From a virus, in IMG/VR virus record IMGVR_UViG_3300007351_000496: a stretch of DNA of 64,000 bases; one strand, given 5' to 3'. Both the position numbers and the translations under genes were made by a program. Below, one piece after another: positions 39,335 to 48,731 of this stretch (positions are counted from its first letter, which is position 1; each line of letters opens with the position of its first letter). The notes under the pieces are model-generated. The model saw only the letters and a program-made list of their open reading frames with translations, ran no database searches and was not told the DNA's origin.

Positions 39335-39973
39335 ATGTACCGTCGAAACACAGATGAAAATTTAAGAGATTTAGAGCGTCGCGCTGTATCAGATCCGAGT
39401 TTACAAGTAGCGTTATCTACAGCTCGTATAAGAGCTGGCCTATGCGGAACATGCGGTAGACAACCGTCATCGATTTTTAGTGTGTGTTTAATTTGTGAGC
39501 CGTTAGAATTATCTTGGAATAGTTTAGAAATCGCAGAACTTTACGCTAAAGAATTACAAGACGCAGGTGTTCCAGAGGAAGAAGCTCTCCAAAATGCATT
39601 TAACGCATTTTGGATTTATGAAGACGCGCAGGAACATCTTCACGAAGAATTAACACGTTGGATGCGCGCTTTTAATCCAAATGAAAATCCTTGGTGCATT
39701 ATAGGAAGTAATTTAACTTGGCGAAGATTATCAGGACATAAGATAGTAATTGCCTATTCAGGAGAAGAGTTACTGGCTGGGATCCTACCAAACGCAGATT
39801 GTACATTTACATTAATTTTTAACGGATCAGAGATTGTAATGCGAAATGCACATCATGATGCACCAACAGGGGAGACTTATCATATTACTGTGGCAGAAAC
39901 TTGCCCAAATTGTGGTGAGGGCTACTGCACAGAAAAAGAAATGCTTAATTGTTGTCCCGAAGAAGAAGATTAG
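39335..39973 (+). CDS. Hypothetical protein with an N-terminal RN.DE.LR.LER module
   Basis: MYRRNTDENLRDLERRA, CxxC pairs, C-terminal AHHDAPTGE. Confidence 0.75.
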   Translation: MYRRNTDENLRDLERRAVSDPSLQVALSTARIRAGLCGTCGRQPSSIFSVCLICEPLELSWNSLEIAELYAKELQDAGVPEEEALQNAFNAFWIYEDAQEHLHEELTRWMRAFNPNENPWCIIGSNLTWRRLSGHKIVIAYSGEELLAGILPNADCTFTLIFNGSEIVMRNAHHDAPTGETYHITVAETCPNCGEGYCTEKEMLNCCPEEED

Positions 39974-40009
39974 TCTTTACAAATTAAAATTGAAATCTAT
40001 TCATCGAAC

Positions 40010-40189
40010 ATGGATAATCTTCAAAAACTAATTTGGACCGATTGGGTTCAGATTGTGTTAGCTTCAATTCTCGGCTTTATAGGTGCTATCTCAAGTTTGC
40101 TACAGCAGAGTCATCTACTAGGGCTCGGATGTACTTGGTTTACGTTAATCTATATTTTAATGGTGGTAAAACATCGAGTACAGAATTAA
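40010..40189 (+). CDS. Small two-TM membrane protein (59 aa, below the ORF-track cutoff)
   Basis: MDNLQKLIWTDWVQIVLASILGFIGAISSLL...WFTLIYILMVV. Confidence 0.55.
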   Translation: MDNLQKLIWTDWVQIVLASILGFIGAISSLLQQSHLLGLGCTWFTLIYILMVVKHRVQN

Positions 40190-40202
40190 ATCAAAATAAA
40201 TA

Positions 40203-40222
40203 GGGGCCCTTTGAAGGGCCCC
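40203..40222. terminator. Intrinsic terminator between convergent genes
   Basis: GGGGCCCT-TTGA-AGGGCCCC, T tail on the minus strand. Confidence 0.75.
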
Positions 40223-40252
40223 AAGTCTAAGGTTTAGGATTAATGACAACAA

Positions 40253-40783
40253 TTACCGACGACGGCGAGTGCCTTTTCTCTTCCGTCCACGAGCTTTAGC
40301 AGCGCGGACAAGCTTCATAGCCTTCCGTTTGCCACCTAACGCCTTCGCAGCTTTACGGTGAACTGCGGTCCACCGACCAGGGCCTTTGCGGAGTAAGCAG
40401 AGCAATGCAGCGCGTTTACTTACTCGACGGCCTTTTTTAACTTTGGGGCAATACCGCTTACCTTTTTTCCCTTTACGCCCACGGGCCTTGCGACCACGAC
40501 GGCGAGTTTTTCCTTTACGCCCACGGGCCTTGCGACCACGACGTTTTCCAGAAAGTGCACTTTTAACCTTCATGACTTTCTTTCCACGAACGTACAAAAG
40601 AATCTTCATAGCGCGGCGTTGTTTCAGAAGATCTTTTGAAACAATGCCTTTTGCTAAAACAGCGTGCTGACGCTTACGCTGTCCACGTCGAAAGTGTCTT
40701 ACACTGCCCTTCTTATCAACATAAGCGAGGGGACGTTTCTTATCACGCTTTTTAAGTGTTGCGACAACAGTTTTCTTTGCCAT
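40253..40783 (-). CDS. Second Arg/Lys-rich basic protein, partial paralog of 38328-39188
   Basis: Shares the CPKV..RRVSKRAALLCLLRKG.GRWT.VHRKAAKALGGKRKA module; AGGAG RBS. Confidence 0.8.
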   Translation of the reverse strand: MAKKTVVATLKKRDKKRPLAYVDKKGSVRHFRRGQRKRQHAVLAKGIVSKDLLKQRRAMKILLYVRGKKVMKVKSALSGKRRGRKARGRKGKTRRRGRKARGRKGKKGKRYCPKVKKGRRVSKRAALLCLLRKGPGRWTAVHRKAAKALGGKRKAMKLVRAAKARGRKRKGTRRRR

Positions 40784-40875
40784 AGTATATACTCCTGCTT
40801 CAAATAAATCGTATCAAATTTTCCACTGATTTTCCTCTGATTTTCTTTGATTTTTTTCTTTTTACTGGTTAGCTA

Positions 40876-41505
40876 TTGAGTTCGAGATGTTACTGCATAC
40901 CATATAATGAGATGCAAATTCTCCAGCCTAACCCAGATGAAGCATATTTCTGGTATAAACATTATATCTACGACACCGATAAGGCAATCGAATCCTACTG
41001 TCGTCGTTATAACTTCAAAAGTAAAATGCCAGACTCGTGGAAATGGGAACTCTTTTGTGCAATCCTAATGGGTGACAAAGCTCGTGATGAAAATGTAGGA
41101 TCCGATTTATTAAATCACGAAGTCAAATCAATACATGACGAAGATTTATCACCCGTAGAATATCAATACCATTGCGATTCTTGGAAGAAAAAACTTGAAC
41201 AGGATCGGAACGTAAAACATGTATTCGTTTTTCATACAAGCAAGCTCGCTGATGTGATCGTAAGAACTATGGATGGCAGTCAACTGGTTGATTATCACGA
41301 TAAGTGGGAAAAAGAATTAGAAGTTTTTTGGCAACGCCCCCAGCCAGAAAATATAAGATTTAGGCGATCAATAAAACGTAAAGACTTACGAACTAAAAGT
41401 AAAATTATTTTTATGATAAAAAATACACAATTTAATTATTACAACCCTGAAGGAATGCCAAGTGACCTATTACTCCCGTTAAAGGGACATCGCTACCATC
41501 ATTAA
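40876..41505 (+). CDS. Putative PD-(D/E)xK nuclease
   Basis: WELFCAIL followed by GSDL...EVKS. Confidence 0.5.
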   Translation: MSSRCYCIPYNEMQILQPNPDEAYFWYKHYIYDTDKAIESYCRRYNFKSKMPDSWKWELFCAILMGDKARDENVGSDLLNHEVKSIHDEDLSPVEYQYHCDSWKKKLEQDRNVKHVFVFHTSKLADVIVRTMDGSQLVDYHDKWEKELEVFWQRPQPENIRFRRSIKRKDLRTKSKIIFMIKNTQFNYYNPEGMPSDLLLPLKGHRYHH

Positions 41506-42539
41506 AAAGATAAAATATTCCTCCAACGATCCAATTTTTTTTCAAGCATGCAATGAGCTTTAACATAGGTAAGTGCATTAGAAACTACTCGCAATCTTAA
41601 TTTTTCATTATCAATAAGTTTTGAGATAGCATCCACCCACGATTTTGTGTTTGTGGCGTGCATCCCATCAAACTCGTGATCTATATTTGTATAAGGTCCA
41701 AAATTGGAAGAAACAAAAGCGGCTTCCATTAGAGTCATTTGCAAATATTTAAGATTTGATTTAGCAGCATTAAAAGCGTTAGTTTTTAGTGGTCCAAGTG
41801 CTATGTCTGGATTAATTGCTTGGATAACATTCAGATATTCACCAAATGATACTGCCGAATGCTCTACTATTGGCAAATCAGGGAAAATTTCTTTGAAAGA
41901 CAAGGGGCCCTGGAAATGAAATTCAACCTTTTCTTTATATTTTTGATTTATTTGACGCAAAGGTTCTTGTAATAACTCTAAATCCGGTAAGTGACTCGCA
42001 CTTCCGGACCACAGTATTTTAGTAATTTGATTAATTTCTTTAGGATAATCTCGCATCATTTCTGCCGAAACACAATTCGGTATGACAACTATTTGTTTAG
42101 CGAAAGGTGCATACAAATGCTTTAATGCATCTGTAGTTACTACTACTAAATCTGCGAGTTGAATAAACAGTTTGACATAAACTGCTCGCAATTGGGGTGA
42201 AAATTGATATCGTTCTCCGGTTTGTTTATCTATAACTTCGGTTTGTTCAGGAGAGTCAACTGGTATATTGATATAGTCATCATCAAAATCAACAATTAAA
42301 TACTTACCTTGTTGTTTTTGTGAATGATAGAACTTAAACGCATCCGGAGTATATAAGCATTGTGTATAAATTACCTCAGCCCACTCGTACTGTGCGAGCT
42401 GCTCTTCAGGCTTACCAAGAAATTGAACCGGATGACCCTCCTCTCTAAGAGCATGGAGTGGCTGAATAACGCGATGATATGAGGTGGCACTATCATCAAT
42501 TGGAATTCCTAATACTTTTCGTGGTGTCTTTATAAGCAT
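41502..42539 (-). CDS. GT-B fold glycosyltransferase
   Basis: YHRVIQP, VDFDDD, VVVTT..L, VIPNC, ILWSGS..H..DL, DIALGPL..N.FN.AKSNLKYL. Confidence 0.85.
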   Translation of the reverse strand: MLIKTPRKVLGIPIDDSATSYHRVIQPLHALREEGHPVQFLGKPEEQLAQYEWAEVIYTQCLYTPDAFKFYHSQKQQGKYLIVDFDDDYINIPVDSPEQTEVIDKQTGERYQFSPQLRAVYVKLFIQLADLVVVTTDALKHLYAPFAKQIVVIPNCVSAEMMRDYPKEINQITKILWSGSASHLPDLELLQEPLRQINQKYKEKVEFHFQGPLSFKEIFPDLPIVEHSAVSFGEYLNVIQAINPDIALGPLKTNAFNAAKSNLKYLQMTLMEAAFVSSNFGPYTNIDHEFDGMHATNTKSWVDAISKLIDNEKLRLRVVSNALTYVKAHCMLEKKLDRWRNILSF

Positions 42540-42577
42540 AGAGTTATGTTAATATGTAATCTAATACAATTCAAATT

Positions 42578-42814
42578 ATGAATCTTATTAATTTGTTTAC
42601 GGAACATCCGAGATCAGTAAAAATGACTTATCTAAATCACTGCGTGTGCGCGCTAAAAATTGGCTCGAAACTCCTGCTGGCCGGAGCGGGTGTCATAGTT
42701 CATAGTTTTTTCCCATTTTTGTGTTGTGAAACTGCGAGTAAAACTGTAAAAGAGTTATACTACGAATTCCAATGCCGAGAACCTTCTACACAAAAAATGG
42801 AAAAGAAATCCTAG
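42578..42814 (+). CDS. DUF6356-like small protein
   Basis: FTEHP.SV.MTY..H..A...LL.AG...VHS.FPFL..TAS pattern. Confidence 0.65.
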   Translation: MNLINLFTEHPRSVKMTYLNHCVCALKIGSKLLLAGAGVIVHSFFPFLCCETASKTVKELYYEFQCREPSTQKMEKKS

Positions 42815-43164
42815 TAGGGAAAAACGCAAAAGAAAATAATTACTTATCTTTAACTTTTGCAGAAGACTATGATCTCTTTTTTCATGTTGCAGATTTTCCA
42901 GGGTCTCATGTCATTTTAAGAATGACATCGTTTGACGTTGCAACTATCGATGATATCGCTGACGCGGCTTACTTAGCTTTTTACTACTCTCAAGCTAAGA
43001 ATCGAAAAAAAGTAAAAGTAGATTACACACCAATCAAATATGTTTCTCGCCCAAAAAAAGCCGAACCAGGCTTAGTTGAATTAGAAAAATTCAAATCTGT
43101 CACAGTATTAAAAAACGAAGATGTAGAGAGACGTTTGCTAAAATCAACTAATGAGGTTGACTAA
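42772..43164 (+). CDS. Stand-alone NFACT-R (DUF814) RNA-binding domain protein
   Basis: ILVGKNAKEN, LFFHVADFPGSHVIL, AAYLAFYYS, VDYTPIKYVSRP...PGLV. Confidence 0.85.
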   Translation: MPRTFYTKNGKEILVGKNAKENNYLSLTFAEDYDLFFHVADFPGSHVILRMTSFDVATIDDIADAAYLAFYYSQAKNRKKVKVDYTPIKYVSRPKKAEPGLVELEKFKSVTVLKNEDVERRLLKSTNEVD

Positions 43165-43462
43165 ACAAATTGGCTTATTACTTGCACTTATAGGGTCAAT
43201 TTGGTCATTAAAAAAATGTCCAAAATGCCAAGAACATAGCATCACTTTAGCGAAAACTGGAGTTGCAGGCTATGCATCGCTTTTAAGTGCGGACATTACA
43301 AATAAAAATCAACAATTAGAAGCATATATTAATAATGGTATTAAGATAAGTAGTGTGATGCATATCTCACTACTAACTTATATGTTATGCCATAAGTACA
43401 TATGTATACCGTGTGTTGTTACAGCTCTAGGTTCTTTTATAGCATTTGCAGCTATTCAATAG
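43151..43462 (+). CDS. Small membrane protein
   Basis: Hydrophobic segments, two CxxC. Confidence 0.6.
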   Translation: MRLTKQIGLLLALIGSIWSLKKCPKCQEHSITLAKTGVAGYASLLSADITNKNQQLEAYINNGIKISSVMHISLLTYMLCHKYICIPCVVTALGSFIAFAAIQ

Positions 43463-45305
43463 TTGGCTCGACAGGCGGGGGTTCCCCACTTTGCTCAGCA
43501 TTTTGTCCTGCCTTACTATACAACTCCTGAGCAATTTGATGTTGTAAAGTCATCACAGATGCTAATGCAGTCTCAATTGTCGAAAGATCATTTGAATTTT
43601 TAGCTTCTCGTAGTTTCTCAAGTTGCTGCTTGACCTCTTCATCGCGCCCAACTAGCTGTTCAGGATGCTCTTTAATCTGTCGCTCTAAGGCATCTATCAA
43701 TTGATCGGCGCGGTTCTTAGCCTCAATTAGAGCTACACGTTTATTATCTTCTTCAGCATATCGCTCAGCCTCTTGCTTCATCTTTTCAATTTCATCTTTG
43801 GTAAAACCAGTATTTGCCTGAATAGTTATGTTCTTAACTTTTCCTGTTCCAAGATCCTTAGCAGCAACGTTTAATATACCGTTGGGGTCAATATCAAAAG
43901 AAACTTCTATTTTGGGCACGCCACGGCTAGCAGGTGGGATTCCATCCAATCTAAAATCACCAAGCCACCTATTATCAGCCGCTATCCGTCTTTCTCCTTG
44001 GAAAACTTTAACATCAACAGCGGTTTGATTATTTTCAAACGTAGTAAATACCTCTTTTTTGCCTGTTGGAATTGTAGTGTTTCGTGGAATCATAACTGTC
44101 ATCACCCCACCGGCCGTTTCGACCCCCAATGAAAGTGGCGTCACATCTAACAGCAGAATGTCCGTTTTTTCTCCTGCTAAAACAGCTCCTTGAACTGCTG
44201 CGCCTGCGGCCACGACTTCATCAGGGTTAACTGACTTATTAAGCTCTTTGCCGTTAAAAAGTTCTTTCAACATTTCCTGTACAAGCGGAATACGTGTTGA
44301 TCCACCAACTAAAACAACTTCATCAATTTGATTAGTCTCCAGTTTTGCATCACGTAAAGCTTGCACAACAGGAGATTTTGTACGCTCAATAAGGTGTTTT
44401 ACCAGAGCTTCAAACTTTGCGCGAGTTAACTCAATATCCAAGTGTAGTGGATTGTTGTCTTTTTGACAAATAAATGGAAGTGTAACCCTAGTAGCCTTCG
44501 AAGATGAAAGTTCGCACTTTGCCTTTTCAGCTGCTTCTTTCAAGCGTTGAAGTGCAAGCTTGTCCTTGCGTAAATCAACAGAATTTACATTCTTAAATTC
44601 TTCAGCGATGAAATTTATCAAAACCTGGTCAAAATCGTCCCCTCCCAAATGAGTGTCGCCGTTTGTTGATTTAACTTCGATAACACCATCACCCACTTCC
44701 AATACAGACACGTCAAACGTGCCACCTCCAAGGTCGTAAACAAGTATCTTCTGCTCTAGATTCTTATCTAGACCATATGCTAATGCTGCTGCTGTTGGCT
44801 CATTAATGATTCTTCTGACTTTGAGTCCAGCAATTTCACCAGCATCTTTAGTCGCCTGCCGCTGAGCATCATTAAAATAGGCGGGAACCGTAATCACAGC
44901 ATCAGTCACAGTCTCTCCGAGATACTCTTCAGCGTAACTCTTTAAATAAGAAAGTATCATCGCTGAAATTTGTGGAGGACTAAATTCTGTTCCTCGAATG
45001 TTAACCTTTACGGGATCATCACCTTGGCCAGTGACTTTATAAGGGACAATTTGTTCCTCAGCCGCAACTTCATTCTTTCTACGGCCCATAAACCGCTTGA
45101 TTGAGTAAACAGTGTTTTCAGGATTAGTAATTGCTTGATTTTTAGCGCGCTGACCTACAACACGCTCACCATCGTTTAAAAATCCCACTACCGATGGTGT
45201 AATCCGCGCGCCCGAAGGATTCGCAATAATTTTAACTTCAGACCCCTCCATTACAGCGACTACAGAGTTGGTCGTCCCTAGATCGATTCCAATGATTTTG
45301 CTCAT
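43452..45305 (-). CDS. dnaK: Hsp70/DnaK chaperone, canonical copy
   Basis: [67 protein letters not shown]. Confidence 0.98.
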   Translation of the reverse strand: MSKIIGIDLGTTNSVVAVMEGSEVKIIANPSGARITPSVVGFLNDGERVVGQRAKNQAITNPENTVYSIKRFMGRRKNEVAAEEQIVPYKVTGQGDDPVKVNIRGTEFSPPQISAMILSYLKSYAEEYLGETVTDAVITVPAYFNDAQRQATKDAGEIAGLKVRRIINEPTAAALAYGLDKNLEQKILVYDLGGGTFDVSVLEVGDGVIEVKSTNGDTHLGGDDFDQVLINFIAEEFKNVNSVDLRKDKLALQRLKEAAEKAKCELSSSKATRVTLPFICQKDNNPLHLDIELTRAKFEALVKHLIERTKSPVVQALRDAKLETNQIDEVVLVGGSTRIPLVQEMLKELFNGKELNKSVNPDEVVAAGAAVQGAVLAGEKTDILLLDVTPLSLGVETAGGVMTVMIPRNTTIPTGKKEVFTTFENNQTAVDVKVFQGERRIAADNRWLGDFRLDGIPPASRGVPKIEVSFDIDPNGILNVAAKDLGTGKVKNITIQANTGFTKDEIEKMKQEAERYAEEDNKRVALIEAKNRADQLIDALERQIKEHPEQLVGRDEEVKQQLEKLREAKNSNDLSTIETALASVMTLQHQIAQELYSKAGQNAEQSGEPPPVEPTIE

Positions 45306-45363
45306 TACACTACCTTTATGGTAAGTGTAGCGTTTTTATCCAAAGAGACAAGAGTTAAACTAT

Positions 45364-45657
45364 TTACATGCTTCTAAGCATCAATAAAACAATTAGGGCA
45401 GCAATTGCACCTAATATTATTGGTTTTTGCATTTCTTTTGCAGTCACCGGGGCAGGAACTGGTTTCGCTGGAGTCTCCATTTGCTGAGCAGCCTTTTCAA
45501 CTGCAACATCGACTGTATTAAGTAACTGTTCTTGTGAGTTTCCTAATCCTCGTCCGCGGTAACGCATAAGAGCCATCCTTTGTAATTCTTTCGGAAGAAA
45601 TTGAATTGCTTCCAAACTGTCCTTAGATTGATCTTTTTGATGTTCGTAACCAGCCAT
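45364..45657 (-). CDS. Tail-anchored protein
   Basis: Start placed at ATG 45657 (AAGGAG RBS); RGLGN, Pro/Ala linker, C-terminal TM. Confidence 0.75.
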   Translation of the reverse strand: MAGYEHQKDQSKDSLEAIQFLPKELQRMALMRYRGRGLGNSQEQLLNTVDVAVEKAAQQMETPAKPVPAPVTAKEMQKPIILGAIAALIVLLMLRSM

Positions 45658-45668
45658 CTTAATTCTCC

Positions 45669-47462
45669 TTAGAAGATGTACCCAATCACGTCCACTGAAC
45701 ACAACATTGTTGTTCCAGTTCCTGCACTATCTATTCCAAGCAACAACGTTTCTGCGCCGGTTCCTACGACAGCTTTAGCTGTAGAGCTGAATGTCCATAG
45801 ATCATCCACCGCCGTTACACCGATCAATGCAACAGGGAAGAAAACGTTATCAGCACCCGCGGCGTTGAAACCAACGCCTGCGGTTGGTGCTCCTGTTATT
45901 GCGCTTGCTGCTGTTAGTCTCACTACAACGCTGTGAATCACTACGGACCCAGAGCTTTGGTTGTAGATGACTATTTCAGTTGTACCGAGGAAGTTGATAT
46001 TATTCGTTGTCGCCAAACGACTTAGAGCAACGTTTACACCGATACCCGTGATACCTTGAAGACCGGTGTTTCCTTGAATACCAGTTAATCCTTGGAATCC
46101 AGTGACACCTTGGATACCTGTGGCACCAACACCCGTGATTCCCAGAATACCAGTTAACCCTTGAATACCAGTGCTTCCTATTAAACCAGTTACTCCTTGA
46201 ATACCAGTCTGTCCTTCAATACCAGTTTGACCTAAAATACCAGTCTGTCCTTGCAATCCCGTCGTCCCGACGGTTCCGGTCAATCCTTGAATACCAGTCT
46301 GTCCTTGGATACCAATAACACCAGTCTGACCTTGTACACCGGTTATACCGGCGGTTCCTGTTAGTCCTTGAATACCAGTTTGGCCTTGTAATCCGGTAAT
46401 TCCTTGTGTGCCAGTTCCAGTCGCTCCTTGGACGCCAGTTGGGCCCATTAATCCGGTCACACCTAATCCTTGAATACCAGTACTGCCTTGAGTACCTTGA
46501 ACGCCGGTTGCACCGATTAAGCCCGTTGCACCCATACCTTCAATACCAGTAGTTCCTTGTATACCGATGACTCCAGTAGACCCGATTAATCCTGTGTTAC
46601 CTTGTGGACCAACTCCAGTATTACCTTGAATACCAGTCCCACCAATCAGCCCAGTAGGCCCTGTCATACCAGTTGAGCCTAAAGCCAATCCAGTTAGCCC
46701 CTGGATACCTGTTAACCCTTGAATACCCGTGTGCCCAAAAAGTCCTGTAGCACCTTGCGCGCCGCCACCTGTCCCAGACCCTAAGGGGAACTCGCCCGCT
46801 ATAAAGATGGTTCCGACAGAACCTACAACTTGAACTCGTCCAATAAGTACTTCGTTTGTGCCAGGCGTAGTTGCGAACTGTCCAGCAGTGTCACTCAAAA
46901 ATAGTAATTGGTTTACCGTAGTCCCGGTAGTATCTGCCCCCTGAAATGCTCCTTGGCAAAGGGCGACGCCCGAACTGTTATTTGCAATATCTTGAAGTAA
47001 TACACCAAAAAAGAATGCTGTAGCAGAGGCTGCGGCACTTGCTGCGGCTACAGAAGGTAACTGTTGGGTGGTATTGAATCCAGTGCTATAAACTAAACTA
47101 CCCTTGGTAAGAGTAGATCCTGTGGCGTTATAGACCTTCTCGGACACAACGTCATCAAAAAAGGCTGTCGAAAGTTCTAAACTGTTATTTAATTGTTCGT
47201 CGCTCTCGAAATAAACTGTAATACCTAATCCGCCATTATATGCTTGAAGGCCAGTATTGAGGGGCACCAACCTAATAAAACTTAATGTGCCACTACTATC
47301 AGCGAAATTGCCAACAGCAGCCACGTTAGAAACTTCTGACCCCAGTAATCCAAGATTAGTTACAGCAGCTTTAACACGCTTAGAATTGCTATCAGCTAAA
47401 GCTAAAACAATATATGCATTGTTTACGACTACTTTATCGCCGACAATAAAATTAATAGTCAT
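45669..47462 (-). CDS. Collagen-like fibre/spike protein with globular ends
   Basis: About 240 aa of Gly-X-Y (G-X-T and G-X-Q dominated) between an N-terminal domain and a 122-aa beta-rich C-terminal domain. Confidence 0.85.
   Translation of the reverse strand: MTINFIVGDKVVVNNAYIVLALADSNSKRVKAAVTNLGLLGSEVSNVAAVGNFADSSGTLSFIRLVPLNTGLQAYNGGLGITVYFESDEQLNNSLELSTAFFDDVVSEKVYNATGSTLTKGSLVYSTGFNTTQQLPSVAAASAAASATAFFFGVLLQDIANNSSGVALCQGAFQGADTTGTTVNQLLFLSDTAGQFATTPGTNEVLIGRVQVVGSVGTIFIAGEFPLGSGTGGGAQGATGLFGHTGIQGLTGIQGLTGLALGSTGMTGPTGLIGGTGIQGNTGVGPQGNTGLIGSTGVIGIQGTTGIEGMGATGLIGATGVQGTQGSTGIQGLGVTGLMGPTGVQGATGTGTQGITGLQGQTGIQGLTGTAGITGVQGQTGVIGIQGQTGIQGLTGTVGTTGLQGQTGILGQTGIEGQTGIQGVTGLIGSTGIQGLTGILGITGVGATGIQGVTGFQGLTGIQGNTGLQGITGIGVNVALSRLATTNNINFLGTTEIVIYNQSSGSVVIHSVVVRLTAASAITGAPTAGVGFNAAGADNVFFPVALIGVTAVDDLWTFSSTAKAVVGTGAETLLLGIDSAGTGTTMLCSVDVIGYIF
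46038..46763 (-). repeat. Collagen Gly-X-Y coding repeat
   Basis: Recurrent CCTTGAATACCAGT-like units with 9-bp periodicity. Confidence 0.85.
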
Positions 47463-47536
47463 TATAGACCTCGAATGTATTATAGAAAATTCCTCCTAAA
47501 AGTAGTAATTATTTTAAATTGACGTAATATATACGT

Positions 47537-48148
47537 GTGCCTAAGAATCTGTTTATTAAGCGTTGGTTCTTGCAAGGTATTGTCATAACTCTTCCTATAG
47601 TAGTGACAATTGTTGTTTTTTACTATTTAACAATCTATACCGACTTAATTCTTGCGTTTATTTGGAATTTGTTGCCACTAAACATTCCAAAACCAGTTTT
47701 CCCTGGTTTGGGTCTGATTTTCGTGGGTTCAGTTGTAATTTTTATTGGATCCCTCACCGAAAGCTTTTTAATTCGCAAAGGTTTTGAATTATTCAACTAT
47801 CTTATGTCCAAGTTACCTGTAATTAGATCGATCTACACAACCGTTCATCAGATCGTAGACAGCACAATAGGAAACAATCAAAGTTTTTCTTCAGTAGTGC
47901 TTATAGAATACCCCAGAAAGGGAATCTATAGTTTAGCGTTCAAAACAAGTGAAGTTACAGGGTCTTTATCCAAATTAACAAATGCCCAAATGGTTAATGT
48001 ATTTTTGCCAACCACGCCTAACCCCACAAGTGGTTTTTACTTGCTTGTCCCCAAAGACCAAGTGATAGAAACAACTCTCACACCAGAGAAAGCATTTAAA
48101 CTGATTATTTCTGCCGGTATTGTCCAAAGCGAGAAATTAAATGACTAG
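47537..48148 (+). CDS. DUF502 family membrane protein
   Basis: LPIVVT, PVIRSIY, VLIEYPRKG, VFLPTTPNPTSGF, EKAFKLIISAGIV. Confidence 0.9.
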   Translation: MPKNLFIKRWFLQGIVITLPIVVTIVVFYYLTIYTDLILAFIWNLLPLNIPKPVFPGLGLIFVGSVVIFIGSLTESFLIRKGFELFNYLMSKLPVIRSIYTTVHQIVDSTIGNNQSFSSVVLIEYPRKGIYSLAFKTSEVTGSLSKLTNAQMVNVFLPTTPNPTSGFYLLVPKDQVIETTLTPEKAFKLIISAGIVQSEKLND

Positions 48149-48165
48149 CATATATTATTCATGGT

Positions 48166-48693
48166 ATGAAATATTTATATGCCTTGATTCTTGTTTTATG
48201 TAGTGGATGTAACGCATTAAAAGAAAAAACTGGCGAGTATGTTACAGAAGCTGTCACAGATAAAATAGTAAGTGAAGTTGATAAGGTTCTTGAACGCCGA
48301 GGATTGAGTTTATCAGAGATTAAACTTGTTGCTGATTTAAACGCTGATGGGAATTTGAATAAGCAAGAAATTGTTGATAATGTTAAAGCTTCGGCAAAAG
48401 ATTTTATTCTTTTAGAAGCAAAAAATCTTGTCGATCAACAAATTGAAAAGAATAAATTAGTTTCAGACGGTGAGCTTAAGAGTAAGGCATCCGAAATATG
48501 GAATTGGATACTCGCTCTAGTGTCTGCCTACCTTGGTAAACAAATCGTTTCTGCGAAGAACGATGGGAAGCGTGATCAACGCATTGCTGTTATAGAAAAA
48601 CTCTTAAATCGTGATATTGATGGAGATGGGCGGGTTGGTAACGGAAATGGTAATGGAAACGGTTCAAACGTCAACCATCCCGCAACAGCATAA
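48166..48693 (+). CDS. Putative lipoprotein with EF-hand-like loops
   Basis: Lipobox-like LVLCSGC, DLNADGNLNKQE, DIDGDG, internal hydrophobic helix. Confidence 0.7.
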   Translation: MKYLYALILVLCSGCNALKEKTGEYVTEAVTDKIVSEVDKVLERRGLSLSEIKLVADLNADGNLNKQEIVDNVKASAKDFILLEAKNLVDQQIEKNKLVSDGELKSKASEIWNWILALVSAYLGKQIVSAKNDGKRDQRIAVIEKLLNRDIDGDGRVGNGNGNGNGSNVNHPATA

Positions 48694-48696
48694 GCG

Positions 48697-48724
48697 TTGA
48701 CTCTACTTAGTTTAATCGTATCAT
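48697..48724 (+). promoter_or_regulatory. sigma70-like promoter
   Basis: TTGACT, 16 nt, TATCAT just before 48732. Confidence 0.55.
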
Positions 48725-48731
48725 TTACCAC

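Noticed and set aside
19840-41505. Restriction-modification pair (methyltransferase plus PD-(D/E)xK protein)
   Set aside because: The genes are 20 kb apart and the nuclease call is weak; an orphan protective methyltransferase is the simpler reading.
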